From contig CBDCUI010000009.1 of assembly GCA_965222615.1 (NCBI GenBank), positions 224,001-288,000 on the forward strand: a stretch of 64,000 bases of DNA, read 5' to 3'. Source of the DNA: Gammaproteobacteria bacterium. Lineage in GTDB: Bacteria; Pseudomonadota; Gammaproteobacteria; UBA4575. Below the pieces are notes generated by a model. The model made no database searches. It was not told the origin of the DNA and was given only the letters and a program-made list of their open reading frames with translations. Below, in pieces: positions 20,620 to 31,311 of this stretch (position 1 is the stretch's first letter; each line of letters begins with the position of its first letter). The translations under genes were made by a program, and so were the position numbers.

Positions 20620-23600
20620 ATGAGAACGAAGGATTTCGTATCTCATTTGCTACTATTAATAAGTATCTATGCATTAGCCGTATCTAGTGCAAATTCCAGT
20701 GACTCAGCTGAAGTAGCAAATTGGCAAACTACATTCAATAGCGTCAATTCATCGACATATGTTGAGGATAGGTTGTGGACACCTGAAATATATTCACGTC
20801 TGGCAACCGCTGATACTCATAGCAATAACAATTCTCGAAGTAGTCAAAGCAAATATCACAAGAAAAGAAAAAAACGTAAGCAAGCAGATCTGTCTTTACG
20901 CAAGAGTGTAAACAATCCACGTCCGGATGTTGGAGAGTTTGTTACCTTTACGATTACTGTAAAAAACGATGGCCCGGCAGGCACTGATTACGCAGTGGCT
21001 GATGTAATTCCAAGAGGCTATACCCACATCACTAATATCAGTAAAGGTGGTCATCTGGAAGGTAATGTAATTACTTGGAAACATAATTGGATCGATGCAG
21101 GTGTAAAGCAAACTTTTAGTTTTCGTGCATTGGTTAAAGAGAAAACTGGAGCAAAAGACGAATATAAAAATGTTGCGCAAATCATAAAAAGCAATCGGCC
21201 TGATCCCGACAGCAAACCAAATAATGATGATGGCGATCAAAGTGAAGATGATGAGGACTTCGCAATTGTTGAACCTCAATCCAATGTGGCAGATTTTTCA
21301 TTACATAAAAATGTTGATAACAGAACACCGAATATAGGAGATGTAGTAACTTTTACGATTAGCGTTAAAAACTATGGCCCAGCAGGAGGAGATTATGATG
21401 TACAAGATTTGCTTCCTCCTGGGTTTAGTAAAATCTCGTACATCAACAGGGGAGGTATTCTAAAAGGCAATAAAATTACCTGGAAAGGGCAGTGGATAGG
21501 CAAAGGTGAAACACAGGTATTTAAATTTCGTGCAACCGTAAATTCTCCCAAATGTGTAGCTGATGAATATAAAAATATTGCACAAATCATAAAAAGTAAC
21601 CGACCCGATCCCGACAGTACGCCGAACAACGACGATGGTGATCAAAGTGAAGATGATGAAGACAGTGTTGTTGTTATTCCAAACACCGATATCTGCGATA
21701 CGAATAATGCGGATTTATCGTTACAAAAGACGGTTGATAATAAAACCCCAAATATTGGTGATGTAGTTACTTTTAAAATTAAAGTCAAAAATGATGGTCC
21801 GTCTGGTGCTGATTATCATCTTGAAGATGTAGTTCCCAGCGGTTTCAGCAATATTACTGGTATTACGAGGAATGGTGCACTTGCTGGTAATACGATTACA
21901 TGGAAAAGGCAATGGATAGACAAAGGTGAAATACAGGTATTTAAATTTCATACAACCGTAAATTCACCAAAATGTGTAGCCAGTGAATATAAAAATGTTG
22001 CACAAATCATAAAAAGCAATCGACCTGATCCCGACAGTACGCCGAACAACGACGATGGCGATCAAAGCGAAGATGATGAAGACAGTGCAGCTGTTATTCC
22101 AAATACTAATATCTGTGACATCGGTACTTCTGACTTATCACTAAACAAAACAGTTAACAATGCCACCCCGAATGTAGGTGACACCGTGACGTTTAGTATT
22201 GTGGTGAGCAATGCCGGCCCGGATGCTGCCACCAATGTAGGGGTGAGTGACATTGTACCGGTGGGCTACAGCAACATCAGTAATGTCAGCAATGGCGGCA
22301 GTGTCAATGGCAACAATATTAGTTGGAATGTTGCCAGCATTGCTAGTGGAGCGAGTGTCGCATTGAGCTTTAGTGCAGAAGTGCTCGCACCCACCGGTGT
22401 GGCCGATGAATACAAGAACACGGCCCAAGTCAGTGCTAGTGATCAAAGTGATCCGGACAGTACGCCGAACAATGATGATGGCGATCAAAGTGAAGATGAT
22501 GAAGACAGTGCCAGTGTAATCCCAGGCGGTAGTGCAGGCGTTGCCGATCTGATGTTAACCAAGAGTGTCGACAATGCCACCCCGAATGTAGGCGAGGTGG
22601 TGACGTTTAGTATTGTGGTGAGCAATGCCGGACCCGATGCCGCCACCAATGTAGGGGTGAGTGACATTGTACCGGTGGGCTACAGCAACATCAGTAATGT
22701 CAGCAATGGCGGCAGTGTCAATGGCAACAATATTAGTTGGAGTGTTGCCAGCATTGCTAGTGGAGCGAGTGTCGCATTGAGCTTTACCGCAGAAGTGCTC
22801 GCACCCACCGGTGTGGCCGATGAATACAAGAACACGGCCCAAGCCAGTGCTAGTGATCAAAGTGATCCGGACAGTACACCGAACAATGATGATGGCGATC
22901 AAAGTGAAGATGATGAAGACAGTGCCAGTGTAATCCCAGGCGGTAGTGCAGGCGTTGCCGATCTGATGTTAACCAAGAGTGTCGACAATGCCACCCCGAA
23001 TGTAGGCGAGGTGGTGACGTTTAGTATTGTGGTGAGCAATGCCGGACCGGATGCTGCCACCAATGTAGGGGTGAGTGACATTGTACCGGTGGGCTACAGC
23101 AACATCAGTAATGTCAGCAATGGCGGCAGTGTCAATGGCAACAATATTAGTTGGAGTGTTGCCAGCATTGCTAGTGGAGCCAGTGTCGCGTTGAGCTTTA
23201 GTGCAGAAGTACTCGCCCCAACGGGTGTAGCCGATGAATACAAGAACACCGCCCAAGTTAGCGCCAGTGATCAAAGTGATCCGGATAGTACGCCGAACAA
23301 TGATGATGGCGATCAAAGTGAAGATGATGAAGACAGTGCCAGTGTAATCCCAGGCGGTAGTGCAGGCGTTGCCGATCTGATGTTAACCAAGAGTGTCGAC
23401 AATGCCACCCCGAATGTAGGCGAGGTGGTGACGTTTAGTATTGTGGTGAGCAATGCCGGACCGGATGCTGCCACCAATGTAGGGGTGAGTGACATTGTAC
23501 CGGTGGGCTACAGCAACATCAGTAATGTCAGCAATGGCGGCAGTGTCAATGGCAACAATATTAGTTGGAATGTTGCCAGCATTGCTAGTGGAGCGAGTGT

Positions 23601-26600
23601 CGCATTGAGCTTTACCGCAGAAGTGCTCGCACCCACCGGTGTGGCCGATGAATACAAGAACACGGCCCAAGTTAGTGCTAGTGATCAAAGTGATCCGGAC
23701 AGTACACCGAACAATGATGATGGCGATCAAAGCGAAGATGATGAAGACAGTGCACTGGTGGTTCCACAAATCGATCCAACCGGTCGTTTTTATTGTGAAG
23801 ATACCGGAGAGATCTTAACCGGTGGTTCGGTTGCATTTAGCTCATCAAACGGTGGTTCTACAACTGATTTCTTAGATGGTACTACAGGTGAATATCGTTC
23901 TGACTTTATCGCGCCTGCGGCGGGTACGATGTTTACCATGGCGATTACACCGCCACCAGGAACCATTTTAAGTGTGACTAGACCTGTAAACCCAACTCCC
24001 ATTGCGCCCGCAGGAGCAGTTCCGGTAAATCTGGGTAGTACTGAACAGGGTAATACTGGATTCTTAGTTGATTTCAGTGCAGCTGCAAATACACCTTGGT
24101 ATGACACATTTACGATCGATCCGGGTGATCCCATTATTATCAATAACAATATACCCGTAACGAATTGTGCAACCTCATCTATTTTGTTACGCAAAACTGC
24201 AGCTGAGCAAAGTGTAACAATTGGAAGTCTTGTTCAATATGAGATTAATGCACGTGTGTTACTGCCATTACCGCTTACGGATATCGATATTGTCGATAAC
24301 ATTCCTGGCGGGTTCGTATATGTTGCAGACTCTGCAATTATTATTCGCGCCGGTGCGGATGGTGAGTTAAATACTATTGACGATGTAGTAACGAATGCCA
24401 TAGTTACTGGAACCGATCCAATTACCTTTGAAGACATTGATTTTGCAGCTGGTGAAGAGCTAATTATTCGTTATTTCTTGCAAGTTACTTCGGGTGTGGT
24501 TGAAGGGCAATATGAAAATACTGCTCAATGCTTTAATCAAGGTAACTTAGCGGTTTGTAACCAAGCGGTTGCTTCAGTAGAAGTATCACAAGACCCGATT
24601 CTGGAGAAAACGACCATTATCGGCAAAGTTTGGGATGACATCGATCAAGATGGTTGGCAAGACAATGCCAATGCAAGCAATATCGTTGTGAAACATTTAA
24701 ATGATGATAGTGAAGGAATAAATATTGAATCGATACCTGGACGTTCTGATCAGTTGGATCCTATTGAATTACACCAGGAAAATGTAACAGTCGCTATGTC
24801 AAATGATCATAACAATCCGGTTGTACTGACTTCGGCTGAAGGCACACGATTGGTTATCGATCAAACCGGTAAAGTCACTGCAGAACACACCGGCATGAAA
24901 GCCAAGGGCTTAACTGGGCAAGATTTGCAAGTGGCCAGCGTAATTGATAACGGCAAAATGCACCTTACTATTACAAACCATGGACTACATGAAGCCGGAA
25001 TACCTGGTGTTCGTATTGCCAGCGTTGAGGGTTTATTAGTTGAAACGGATGAATATGGTCGCTATCACTTAGCCGATATCGATGGTGGCCGTTGGGAACG
25101 CGGACGCAATTTTATACTTAAAGTAGATCCTCTAACTCTACCTGAAGGCGCTGAATTTACTACAGAAAATCCCCGTGTCTTACGTATAACACAAGGATTG
25201 ATGAGTAAAATCAACTTTGGCGTGAAATTACCCAAGCAGGATGCCGTATATAAACTGGAAATGCAGGAGCAACATAAGGCCTCTAGACACGAAATCGTCA
25301 AAACGCGTGAACTCGATGGAATTGTAGACCCAATTCATTTTGCGTCGGGTAAAGCCGATATCACGGATACATATATAGCTAAATTAGAGCGTGCCATTAG
25401 TAGTCTTTCCGACAAGGACAATGTGCGTATACACGTAGTTGGCCATACCGATACACAATTGTTAACCCCGGCAACTGCTGCGAAGTTTAAAGATAACTAC
25501 GGGCTCTCCATAGCAAGGGCAGAAGAAGTGGCCGCCAAATTGCGTTCTGAGCTGGGACTTAAAGTAACTTCGGTAGAAATTTCAGGCCGAGGCCCAGATG
25601 AACCTGTTGCCAGTAATGACAACCCAGAAGGCATGGCTAAAAACCGCAGAGTAGAGACGAGTTTACTTTTTGATGAAAGAATATCGAAAAAAATGGTGGC
25701 GACCAGCTATGAAAAAATCGCCGCGGGGCGTAGTGATGTATTACTACCTAAAGGTGGACGAGTTTGGGTGGTGGAAGATCCCACCAAGATTGATCTAAGA
25801 CTGGACGTTATTTTCCATAGTGCGGTTGCAGTTGATAAAGGTGGGAAAGTCTCTGCTGTAAGCTTTAATAACTACAGCAATTACTTGGCTTACATTGATC
25901 GCTGGGAAGTAACGATTTATAACGACTCCGATGTTGATTTAATTTATCCAATTGCAAAGGTCTCAGGTGAGCGCAGCAATTTCTTGGCAATTCATGAACT
26001 GCAACTAGATGCCAGCACAAAACTAGACGATTCACTGTGGTACGTTTTGCGCGTACACGATTCCAAAGGACGCATGGATGAAACCGTGCCCAAACATCTT
26101 GCAGTCGTAGATGCGGAGCTTGCAGGAATGGAGCCAATATCAGAAGAGCAGCAAAGAGAGTTAAGTAGAAGCATTGTTGGTAAAAACAGCCTGAGTAATC
26201 AAAGAATCCCCATACATGGGTCTCGTGTGCGCTTAAATGGCAGTGGTATTGATGCTGGTTATATATTGAGAATTAACGATCTCAGCATTCCAATTTCAGA
26301 AAAAGGCACATTTGCGACAGAACAACACTTACCAATCGGTACGCATAGCTTTGAGGTGAATGTAAGTGATGGCATTGACGATACAACCAGCAGAAATTTG
26401 AACGTAGATGTAAAAGGTAAGCATTTCTTCATGGTTGGTTTGGCTAATTTAACGGTTGGTGAAAATAGTTTATCGGGAAGTGTTGAACCTCTGGGCGAAG
26501 ACGATCACTTTGATGAAGATGTATGGATAGATGGCCGAGTTGCGTTCTATTTGAAAGGCAAAGTGAAAGGCAAGTATTTAATTACTGCACAACTGGATAC

Positions 26601-29142
26601 TACTGAAGATGAATTGCGTAATTTGGGGGATCGTTTAGATGATGAGGATCCACGTAGATTGTTCCGCAAGCTGGATCCTGATAAGTACTATGCCGTATAT
26701 GGTGACGACTCCACTACGATAGATGATACCGATAGCCAGGGAATGTTTTATCTGCGCGTCGATTGGGATAAAAGTATGGCATTGTGGGGCAATTACAATA
26801 CCGATATCACCGGTACCGAGTTTTCGCAATACAACCGCAGCTTATATGGTGCCAAGCTTGAACACCGAAATGTCGACACCACTGAATTTGGTGATCACAA
26901 ACATGAAGTGCATGCATTTGCATCTCAAGCACAAAACGTTGCCGCGCACAATGAATTTGTTGCCACAGGTGGCTCCCTTTATTACTTGCGCGATACCGAT
27001 ATTGTTCAGGGTTCTGAAAAAGTTTGGGTGGAAGTTCGTAATCGTGATACCGAACAAGTTACAGAAAACATCGCGTTAAAACACGGCCAAGATTACGACA
27101 TCGATTATTTGCAAGGACGTATTATTTTAACGCGACCGCTTTCCCAGGTAGATATCGGTAATGGTCCAAACATTATTAAAGACCAACCTTTAGAAGGTGA
27201 TGATGTATTCCTATTAGTGGATTACGAATACAACCCAGAATCATTTGATGCAGACGACGTAACTGCCGGACTACGTGGCAAAGCCTGGTTAAATCAATAC
27301 ATTGGTATTGGTGGTACCTATATCAATGAAGAACGCAATGGCGAAGACTATGAGTTAAAAGGTGCTGATGTAACTCTGAAGGCAGGCAAGGGCACTTACA
27401 TCAAACTTGAATATGCAGAAAGTGATGCCAACCAAACTAACCAAAACTTTATTTCAAATAATGGTGGAATTAACTTTAACAACAAGACCAATACACTAGA
27501 CGAAAACAGTGATGGTGAAGCCTTAGGGATAGAAGCACGAGTTAATTTTGCAGAGATGACAGGCAATAAGCAGCAAGGTTATCTCATGGCGTGGTGGAAA
27601 GATCGTGATGCAAACTTTTCATCTACCGCGCGTCTCGATGATGGTATTGAAACTACAGATACTGGTTTAGAAGGGGTGTGGCAGGCCACCGATAACTTGA
27701 AGTTAAGTACAAGAATTACCAATTTAGACAAACGCGGTGAAGGTGAGTTTACTGCTGCAAGCATACAAGGTGATTACAGCCTGACCGATCGTTTAACCCT
27801 GGGCGCAGAAATTCGTTACGAAGACGAAGAAGATGATACGGGTCTATTTGAAGATACCGAAGCAACATTGGGTGGCCTCGCGTTGCGCTATAAGTTAACA
27901 CCAGACACCGAAGTCTATGGCAGTGCACAAGCTGTGATTGCGGACGATAACGATTATGAAAATAATGCCGGTGTAACCATTGGTGCCAGTCGTCAACTTA
28001 ATACAAGATTGGCATTAAAAGGCGAAGTTACGACAGGTGATCGTGGTGAAGCGATTGTACTTGGCGGTGAATATGCAGTAACACCGAATACCAATATTAG
28101 TATTAATGCTGGGTTTGGTGAAGGTGCAGCAAGTCAGATCGGTACGAATTATGTCACTGCAAATGGAATGGAGCTTTATGGCAGTTATGCAGTGGATCCT
28201 GATCGCACCGATAGTGGTTCCAATATGTTCACGTTTGGTACCAAACGCAGATTCCAGAACGGTTTAACAATATTTACTGAGAGTCAATTTGGCGAAGGTG
28301 ACGAAGAACAAAGTATCGGCCGTACCTACGGCTTGGATTATGATCTGACTGAACAATGGCGACTTAGTGCATCAATACAAAGTAATGATTTAGATCGTGA
28401 TTTAGGTGATATTGATAGACGTGCAGCTACCGTAGGCGCTAAGTTTAGAAATAAAACGGTTCAGTTTGGTAGTGTGCTTGAATATCGTGAAGATGATGAT
28501 CGCTCAACCGACTTGGATAACACTCAATGGCTTACCAGTAACACCATTGAATGGCAGAAAAGTGAAAACTTGAGGTTGCTGGGTAAACTAGATTTGTCTA
28601 CGACTCATAGCGATAGCAATAAAGGCGATGAAGCAAAATATGCCGAGATCGATCTTGGTTTTGCTTATCGACCTGCAACATATGATCGCTGGAATATTTT
28701 AGGCAAATATACCTTCTTGTATGACTTAGGTAGCAGTGGCCAGGATGATGTGACACCAGAAGAGCGTGCGCACATCTTCTCGCTAGAAGGCATTTATGAC
28801 CTTAATCAAAAATGGGAGCTTGGCGCTAAGTATGCACATCGCGAAGGCGATCTGCGTTTAACACGTGGATCCGGCCCATGGTTTGAATCGGGCGCACATT
28901 TAGCTGTAATTCGATCTCGATACCACTTCATTAAGAAATGGGATGCCTTGTTTGAATACCGTTGGTTGGAAAGTGAAAGCGAAGATGATGAAAAACATGG
29001 CGCTTTAGTCGCGGCATACAGGCACCTAGGCAAACACTTTAAAGTCGGTGCTGGGTATAACTTTACTGACTTTAATGACGACCTTACGGACAACGATTAT
29101 GATAGCGATGGTTGGTTTATAGATATAGTAGGTAAGTACTAA
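20620..29142 (+). CDS. Giant secreted/outer-membrane protein: tandem DUF11 repeats, OmpA-like domain and C-terminal beta-barrel
   Basis: Signal peptide; repeated DLSLxKxV..P.VG..VTF units each ending DPDSTPNNDDGDQSEDDED; OmpA motif HFASGKA...VGHTD...LSIARA...NRRVE; barrel-type C-terminus GWFIDIVGKY. Confidence 0.85.
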   Translation: MRTKDFVSHLLLLISIYALAVSSANSSDSAEVANWQTTFNSVNSSTYVEDRLWTPEIYSRLATADTHSNNNSRSSQSKYHKKRKKRKQADLSLRKSVNNPRPDVGEFVTFTITVKNDGPAGTDYAVADVIPRGYTHITNISKGGHLEGNVITWKHNWIDAGVKQTFSFRALVKEKTGAKDEYKNVAQIIKSNRPDPDSKPNNDDGDQSEDDEDFAIVEPQSNVADFSLHKNVDNRTPNIGDVVTFTISVKNYGPAGGDYDVQDLLPPGFSKISYINRGGILKGNKITWKGQWIGKGETQVFKFRATVNSPKCVADEYKNIAQIIKSNRPDPDSTPNNDDGDQSEDDEDSVVVIPNTDICDTNNADLSLQKTVDNKTPNIGDVVTFKIKVKNDGPSGADYHLEDVVPSGFSNITGITRNGALAGNTITWKRQWIDKGEIQVFKFHTTVNSPKCVASEYKNVAQIIKSNRPDPDSTPNNDDGDQSEDDEDSAAVIPNTNICDIGTSDLSLNKTVNNATPNVGDTVTFSIVVSNAGPDAATNVGVSDIVPVGYSNISNVSNGGSVNGNNISWNVASIASGASVALSFSAEVLAPTGVADEYKNTAQVSASDQSDPDSTPNNDDGDQSEDDEDSASVIPGGSAGVADLMLTKSVDNATPNVGEVVTFSIVVSNAGPDAATNVGVSDIVPVGYSNISNVSNGGSVNGNNISWSVASIASGASVALSFTAEVLAPTGVADEYKNTAQASASDQSDPDSTPNNDDGDQSEDDEDSASVIPGGSAGVADLMLTKSVDNATPNVGEVVTFSIVVSNAGPDAATNVGVSDIVPVGYSNISNVSNGGSVNGNNISWSVASIASGASVALSFSAEVLAPTGVADEYKNTAQVSASDQSDPDSTPNNDDGDQSEDDEDSASVIPGGSAGVADLMLTKSVDNATPNVGEVVTFSIVVSNAGPDAATNVGVSDIVPVGYSNISNVSNGGSVNGNNISWNVASIASGASVALSFTAEVLAPTGVADEYKNTAQVSASDQSDPDSTPNNDDGDQSEDDEDSALVVPQIDPTGRFYCEDTGEILTGGSVAFSSSNGGSTTDFLDGTTGEYRSDFIAPAAGTMFTMAITPPPGTILSVTRPVNPTPIAPAGAVPVNLGSTEQGNTGFLVDFSAAANTPWYDTFTIDPGDPIIINNNIPVTNCATSSILLRKTAAEQSVTIGSLVQYEINARVLLPLPLTDIDIVDNIPGGFVYVADSAIIIRAGADGELNTIDDVVTNAIVTGTDPITFEDIDFAAGEELIIRYFLQVTSGVVEGQYENTAQCFNQGNLAVCNQAVASVEVSQDPILEKTTIIGKVWDDIDQDGWQDNANASNIVVKHLNDDSEGINIESIPGRSDQLDPIELHQENVTVAMSNDHNNPVVLTSAEGTRLVIDQTGKVTAEHTGMKAKGLTGQDLQVASVIDNGKMHLTITNHGLHEAGIPGVRIASVEGLLVETDEYGRYHLADIDGGRWERGRNFILKVDPLTLPEGAEFTTENPRVLRITQGLMSKINFGVKLPKQDAVYKLEMQEQHKASRHEIVKTRELDGIVDPIHFASGKADITDTYIAKLERAISSLSDKDNVRIHVVGHTDTQLLTPATAAKFKDNYGLSIARAEEVAAKLRSELGLKVTSVEISGRGPDEPVASNDNPEGMAKNRRVETSLLFDERISKKMVATSYEKIAAGRSDVLLPKGGRVWVVEDPTKIDLRLDVIFHSAVAVDKGGKVSAVSFNNYSNYLAYIDRWEVTIYNDSDVDLIYPIAKVSGERSNFLAIHELQLDASTKLDDSLWYVLRVHDSKGRMDETVPKHLAVVDAELAGMEPISEEQQRELSRSIVGKNSLSNQRIPIHGSRVRLNGSGIDAGYILRINDLSIPISEKGTFATEQHLPIGTHSFEVNVSDGIDDTTSRNLNVDVKGKHFFMVGLANLTVGENSLSGSVEPLGEDDHFDEDVWIDGRVAFYLKGKVKGKYLITAQLDTTEDELRNLGDRLDDEDPRRLFRKLDPDKYYAVYGDDSTTIDDTDSQGMFYLRVDWDKSMALWGNYNTDITGTEFSQYNRSLYGAKLEHRNVDTTEFGDHKHEVHAFASQAQNVAAHNEFVATGGSLYYLRDTDIVQGSEKVWVEVRNRDTEQVTENIALKHGQDYDIDYLQGRIILTRPLSQVDIGNGPNIIKDQPLEGDDVFLLVDYEYNPESFDADDVTAGLRGKAWLNQYIGIGGTYINEERNGEDYELKGADVTLKAGKGTYIKLEYAESDANQTNQNFISNNGGINFNNKTNTLDENSDGEALGIEARVNFAEMTGNKQQGYLMAWWKDRDANFSSTARLDDGIETTDTGLEGVWQATDNLKLSTRITNLDKRGEGEFTAASIQGDYSLTDRLTLGAEIRYEDEEDDTGLFEDTEATLGGLALRYKLTPDTEVYGSAQAVIADDNDYENNAGVTIGASRQLNTRLALKGEVTTGDRGEAIVLGGEYAVTPNTNISINAGFGEGAASQIGTNYVTANGMELYGSYAVDPDRTDSGSNMFTFGTKRRFQNGLTIFTESQFGEGDEEQSIGRTYGLDYDLTEQWRLSASIQSNDLDRDLGDIDRRAATVGAKFRNKTVQFGSVLEYREDDDRSTDLDNTQWLTSNTIEWQKSENLRLLGKLDLSTTHSDSNKGDEAKYAEIDLGFAYRPATYDRWNILGKYTFLYDLGSSGQDDVTPEERAHIFSLEGIYDLNQKWELGAKYAHREGDLRLTRGSGPWFESGAHLAVIRSRYHFIKKWDALFEYRWLESESEDDEKHGALVAAYRHLGKHFKVGAGYNFTDFNDDLTDNDYDSDGWFIDIVGKY
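22131..23757 (+). repeat. Four near-identical 414-bp intragenic tandem repeats (DUF11 units); three more diverged units lie upstream
   Basis: Period of 414 bp (shadow ORFs at 22485, 22899, 23313). Confidence 0.9.
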
Positions 29143-29160
29143 AATTTAATTGTTATCAAA

Positions 29161-29589
29161 ATGGCTGAAAACAGAATTCTAAAGAGCCAAGAAGTCCTGT
29201 CACAGGCGGCAAACTATGCGCCAATTATTGAAACCTTTGGGATGAAGCTTTCATATAATGAGGATAATGAAGCAGTATGGACATTACCTTTTACTAAAAG
29301 CCTAACCAATGGCGTTACCATCCATGGAGGCGCTATCGCCACGCTTTTAGATTGTGCTGGTTGGTTTACGCTATCGCAGTATTACGAAAACTGGATAGCA
29401 ACCGTTGACTTCAATACCAATTTAATAACCTATGCCAAAGATGAGACCCTTGTTGCTACCGGGCATGTCGTCAAGATTGGAAAAAGAATATCCAACTCAA
29501 CAATGGAAGTTGTCTCAGAAAAAGACGGCAGAATCATTGCAACAGGTACCGGAACATACGCATTGACTTCAGTGCCATTTCCTATCTAG
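29161..29589 (+). CDS. PaaI-family thioesterase
   Basis: IHGGAIATLLD hotdog-fold motif. Confidence 0.85.
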   Translation: MAENRILKSQEVLSQAANYAPIIETFGMKLSYNEDNEAVWTLPFTKSLTNGVTIHGGAIATLLDCAGWFTLSQYYENWIATVDFNTNLITYAKDETLVATGHVVKIGKRISNSTMEVVSEKDGRIIATGTGTYALTSVPFPI

Positions 29590-29653
29590 TGATACTTGGA
29601 ATATTTTGAGTAAATATACATTCGTTAAGCTGGTGTTTTAGTAGTTTTTTAAT

Positions 29654-29677
29654 CCCAACTTCTGCCTAATTGTTGGG
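29654..29677 (+). other. 24-bp inverted-arm recombination-like site s1 (CCCAACTTCT gcct AATTGTTGGG)
   Basis: Same 10-4-10 layout as s2-s5; homology to the right element ends here. Confidence 0.6.
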
Positions 29678-29787
29678 TAATGATCTTAATACCCATATAA
29701 TGTCCGCTAACGACCCAATGTATGGACACCTCCAAGCTAAGCAATTAGTTTGTGTGGTGTTAGAAACACAAAAGAAGGAGTCCATAC

Positions 29788-30831
29788 ATGAAACATCTAA
29801 ACATAGTTGGCGTTGATTTAGCAAAAAACGTAATCCAAGTTTGCGTGATGCGCGCGCAGCGACAAGAAGTAATCAATCGTTCCTATAGTCGTACTAAATT
29901 TGCAGTATTTCTCGTTAAACAACAGCGCAGTGTCATCGCCTTTGAAGCATGTGCCAGTAGTCATTATTGGGCACGAAAAGCCAAAGCATTGGGGCATACC
30001 ATCAAAATCATTCCGGCAAAAGCGATCACACCGTATCGTCAAGGCCATAAAACCGATATCAATGATGCCCGCGCGATCGCTGAAGCGGCGAGCCGTCCCC
30101 ACCTACTTGAAGCCCCATTAAAGAGTGTTGAACAACAAGGCTTGCAAGCCGTACAACGTTCAAGAGAGCTTTTGGTACAAGAGCGAACCGGTCTATCCAA
30201 CCACATCCGTGGCATATTGATGGAATTTGGCATCGTCATTCCTAAAGGCTTTGCCGCCTTGCATCAACAGATACCCGAGGTACTAGAAGATGGGGAGAAC
30301 GAGCTACCCGATCTATATCGCCCGACGTTACAGATATTGTACGAACGCTTAGTGCAACTCAAAACAACCATCACGATACTTGATCAACAAATTGCCGCCC
30401 TCATCAAACAACATCCAGGTTGCGAAACGCTCATGAAGATAGAAGGTGTGGGCCCAATCAGTGCGATATTACTGTATGCCAGCCTTGGTAGTGGCGATGC
30501 GTTTAGCCAAGGTAGACAATATGCGGCGTACTTAGGGTTAACGCCCAAGCAATACAGCAGTGGCGGGAAAACGAATCTTATTGGGATAAGTAAAAAGGTT
30601 GCGAATAAACGTTTGCGCTCCGTACTCATTCAAGGAGCACGTGCTTATGTGCACAAGCTCAAAGAACCGAAAAGCCAAAAAGATCGCTGGCTGCTGGCAC
30701 TGATTGAACGTGCCGGCTATGGCAAGGCGGCGGTAGCGTTAGCCAACAAAAATGTGCGCACCGCATGGGCCATGCTGACCCGGGGGACAACGTACAATAA
30801 ACAACATACAACCACGATGCACATTGCATAA
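29788..30831 (+). CDS. IS110-family DEDD transposase/recombinase
   Basis: GVDLAKN, FEAC, KTDINDARAIA, GLTPKQYSSGGK, ALANKNVR. Confidence 0.95.
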   Translation: MKHLNIVGVDLAKNVIQVCVMRAQRQEVINRSYSRTKFAVFLVKQQRSVIAFEACASSHYWARKAKALGHTIKIIPAKAITPYRQGHKTDINDARAIAEAASRPHLLEAPLKSVEQQGLQAVQRSRELLVQERTGLSNHIRGILMEFGIVIPKGFAALHQQIPEVLEDGENELPDLYRPTLQILYERLVQLKTTITILDQQIAALIKQHPGCETLMKIEGVGPISAILLYASLGSGDAFSQGRQYAAYLGLTPKQYSSGGKTNLIGISKKVANKRLRSVLIQGARAYVHKLKEPKSQKDRWLLALIERAGYGKAAVALANKNVRTAWAMLTRGTTYNKQHTTTMHIA

Positions 30832-31085
30832 AAACAAAACCAAGACACTACGTTACATAAAAGTGTAGAAGAGGTTAGGCAAGTAGACCTAGGTAAAGAA
30901 TAAAGAGATTCGCTTCGATGAAACCTGCTCCGCTTTGAGGATAAATAGAATCCATCGACCCAATGAGGCATCGAAGTGCGCATACATACAGGGCTAGAAG
31001 ATCGCAACTTCACGAAAAAGCCGAATATACATCTGCGTCTTTTTCTTTATCAATTTCTGTTTGCTAAACTGGCGGTGTCCATATA
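30832..31085 (+). ncRNA. Putative bridge/seek RNA of the IS110 element
   Basis: Non-coding right end contains TCCGCTTTG (30929-30937) and CGACCCAA (30956-30963), which match opposite strands of the target, and CATACAT/ATATACA, which match the IS ends. Confidence 0.65.
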
Positions 31086-31106
31086 CAAAGCGGACAAATA
31101 TAAATT

Positions 31107-31304
31107 ATGCTTTGTGATTATATACTTTGGTTTCTTATGGCCGCTTTTCTGATCGTGGTTTTAAAGCACAGTTATGTTTTATATATGTATTTAGTCAGAA
31201 AAGAAAGCATATCTATGACAGATAGTGCATCTAAGGTCTATTCGCTATTACTGTTATTAGCGGTTGCCCTGAGCTTGATTTGCCAATTAAACATTATTGA
31301 TTAA
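31107..31304 (+). CDS. Small two-TM hypothetical protein (cassette-like ORF between palindromes)
   Basis: 65-aa hydrophobic ORF filling the interval between two palindromic sites almost exactly. Confidence 0.55.
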   Translation: MLCDYILWFLMAAFLIVVLKHSYVLYMYLVRKESISMTDSASKVYSLLLLLAVALSLICQLNIID

Positions 31305-31311
31305 ATGTCCG

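Larger units (their letters stand above)
29716..31088 (+). mobile_element. IS110-family (IS1111-type) element inserted in a TGTCCGC...GCGGACA palindrome
   Basis: Subterminal IRs TATGGACACC/GGTGTCCATA; CAA shared at both junctions; reconstructed target TGTCCGCTAACGACCCAAAGCGGACA; non-coding region downstream of the transposase. Confidence 0.88.

Noticed and set aside
20896-29093. Many short ORFs overlapping the giant gene, and similar antisense ORFs across the window
   Set aside because: Shadow frames of well-supported genes; their repetition only mirrors the 414-bp repeats.
29636-29656. TAGTAGTTTTTTAATCCC as the missing far end of the left transposon
   Set aside because: No terminal TGT, no ATAGT TSD and no repeated TnsB-type sites.
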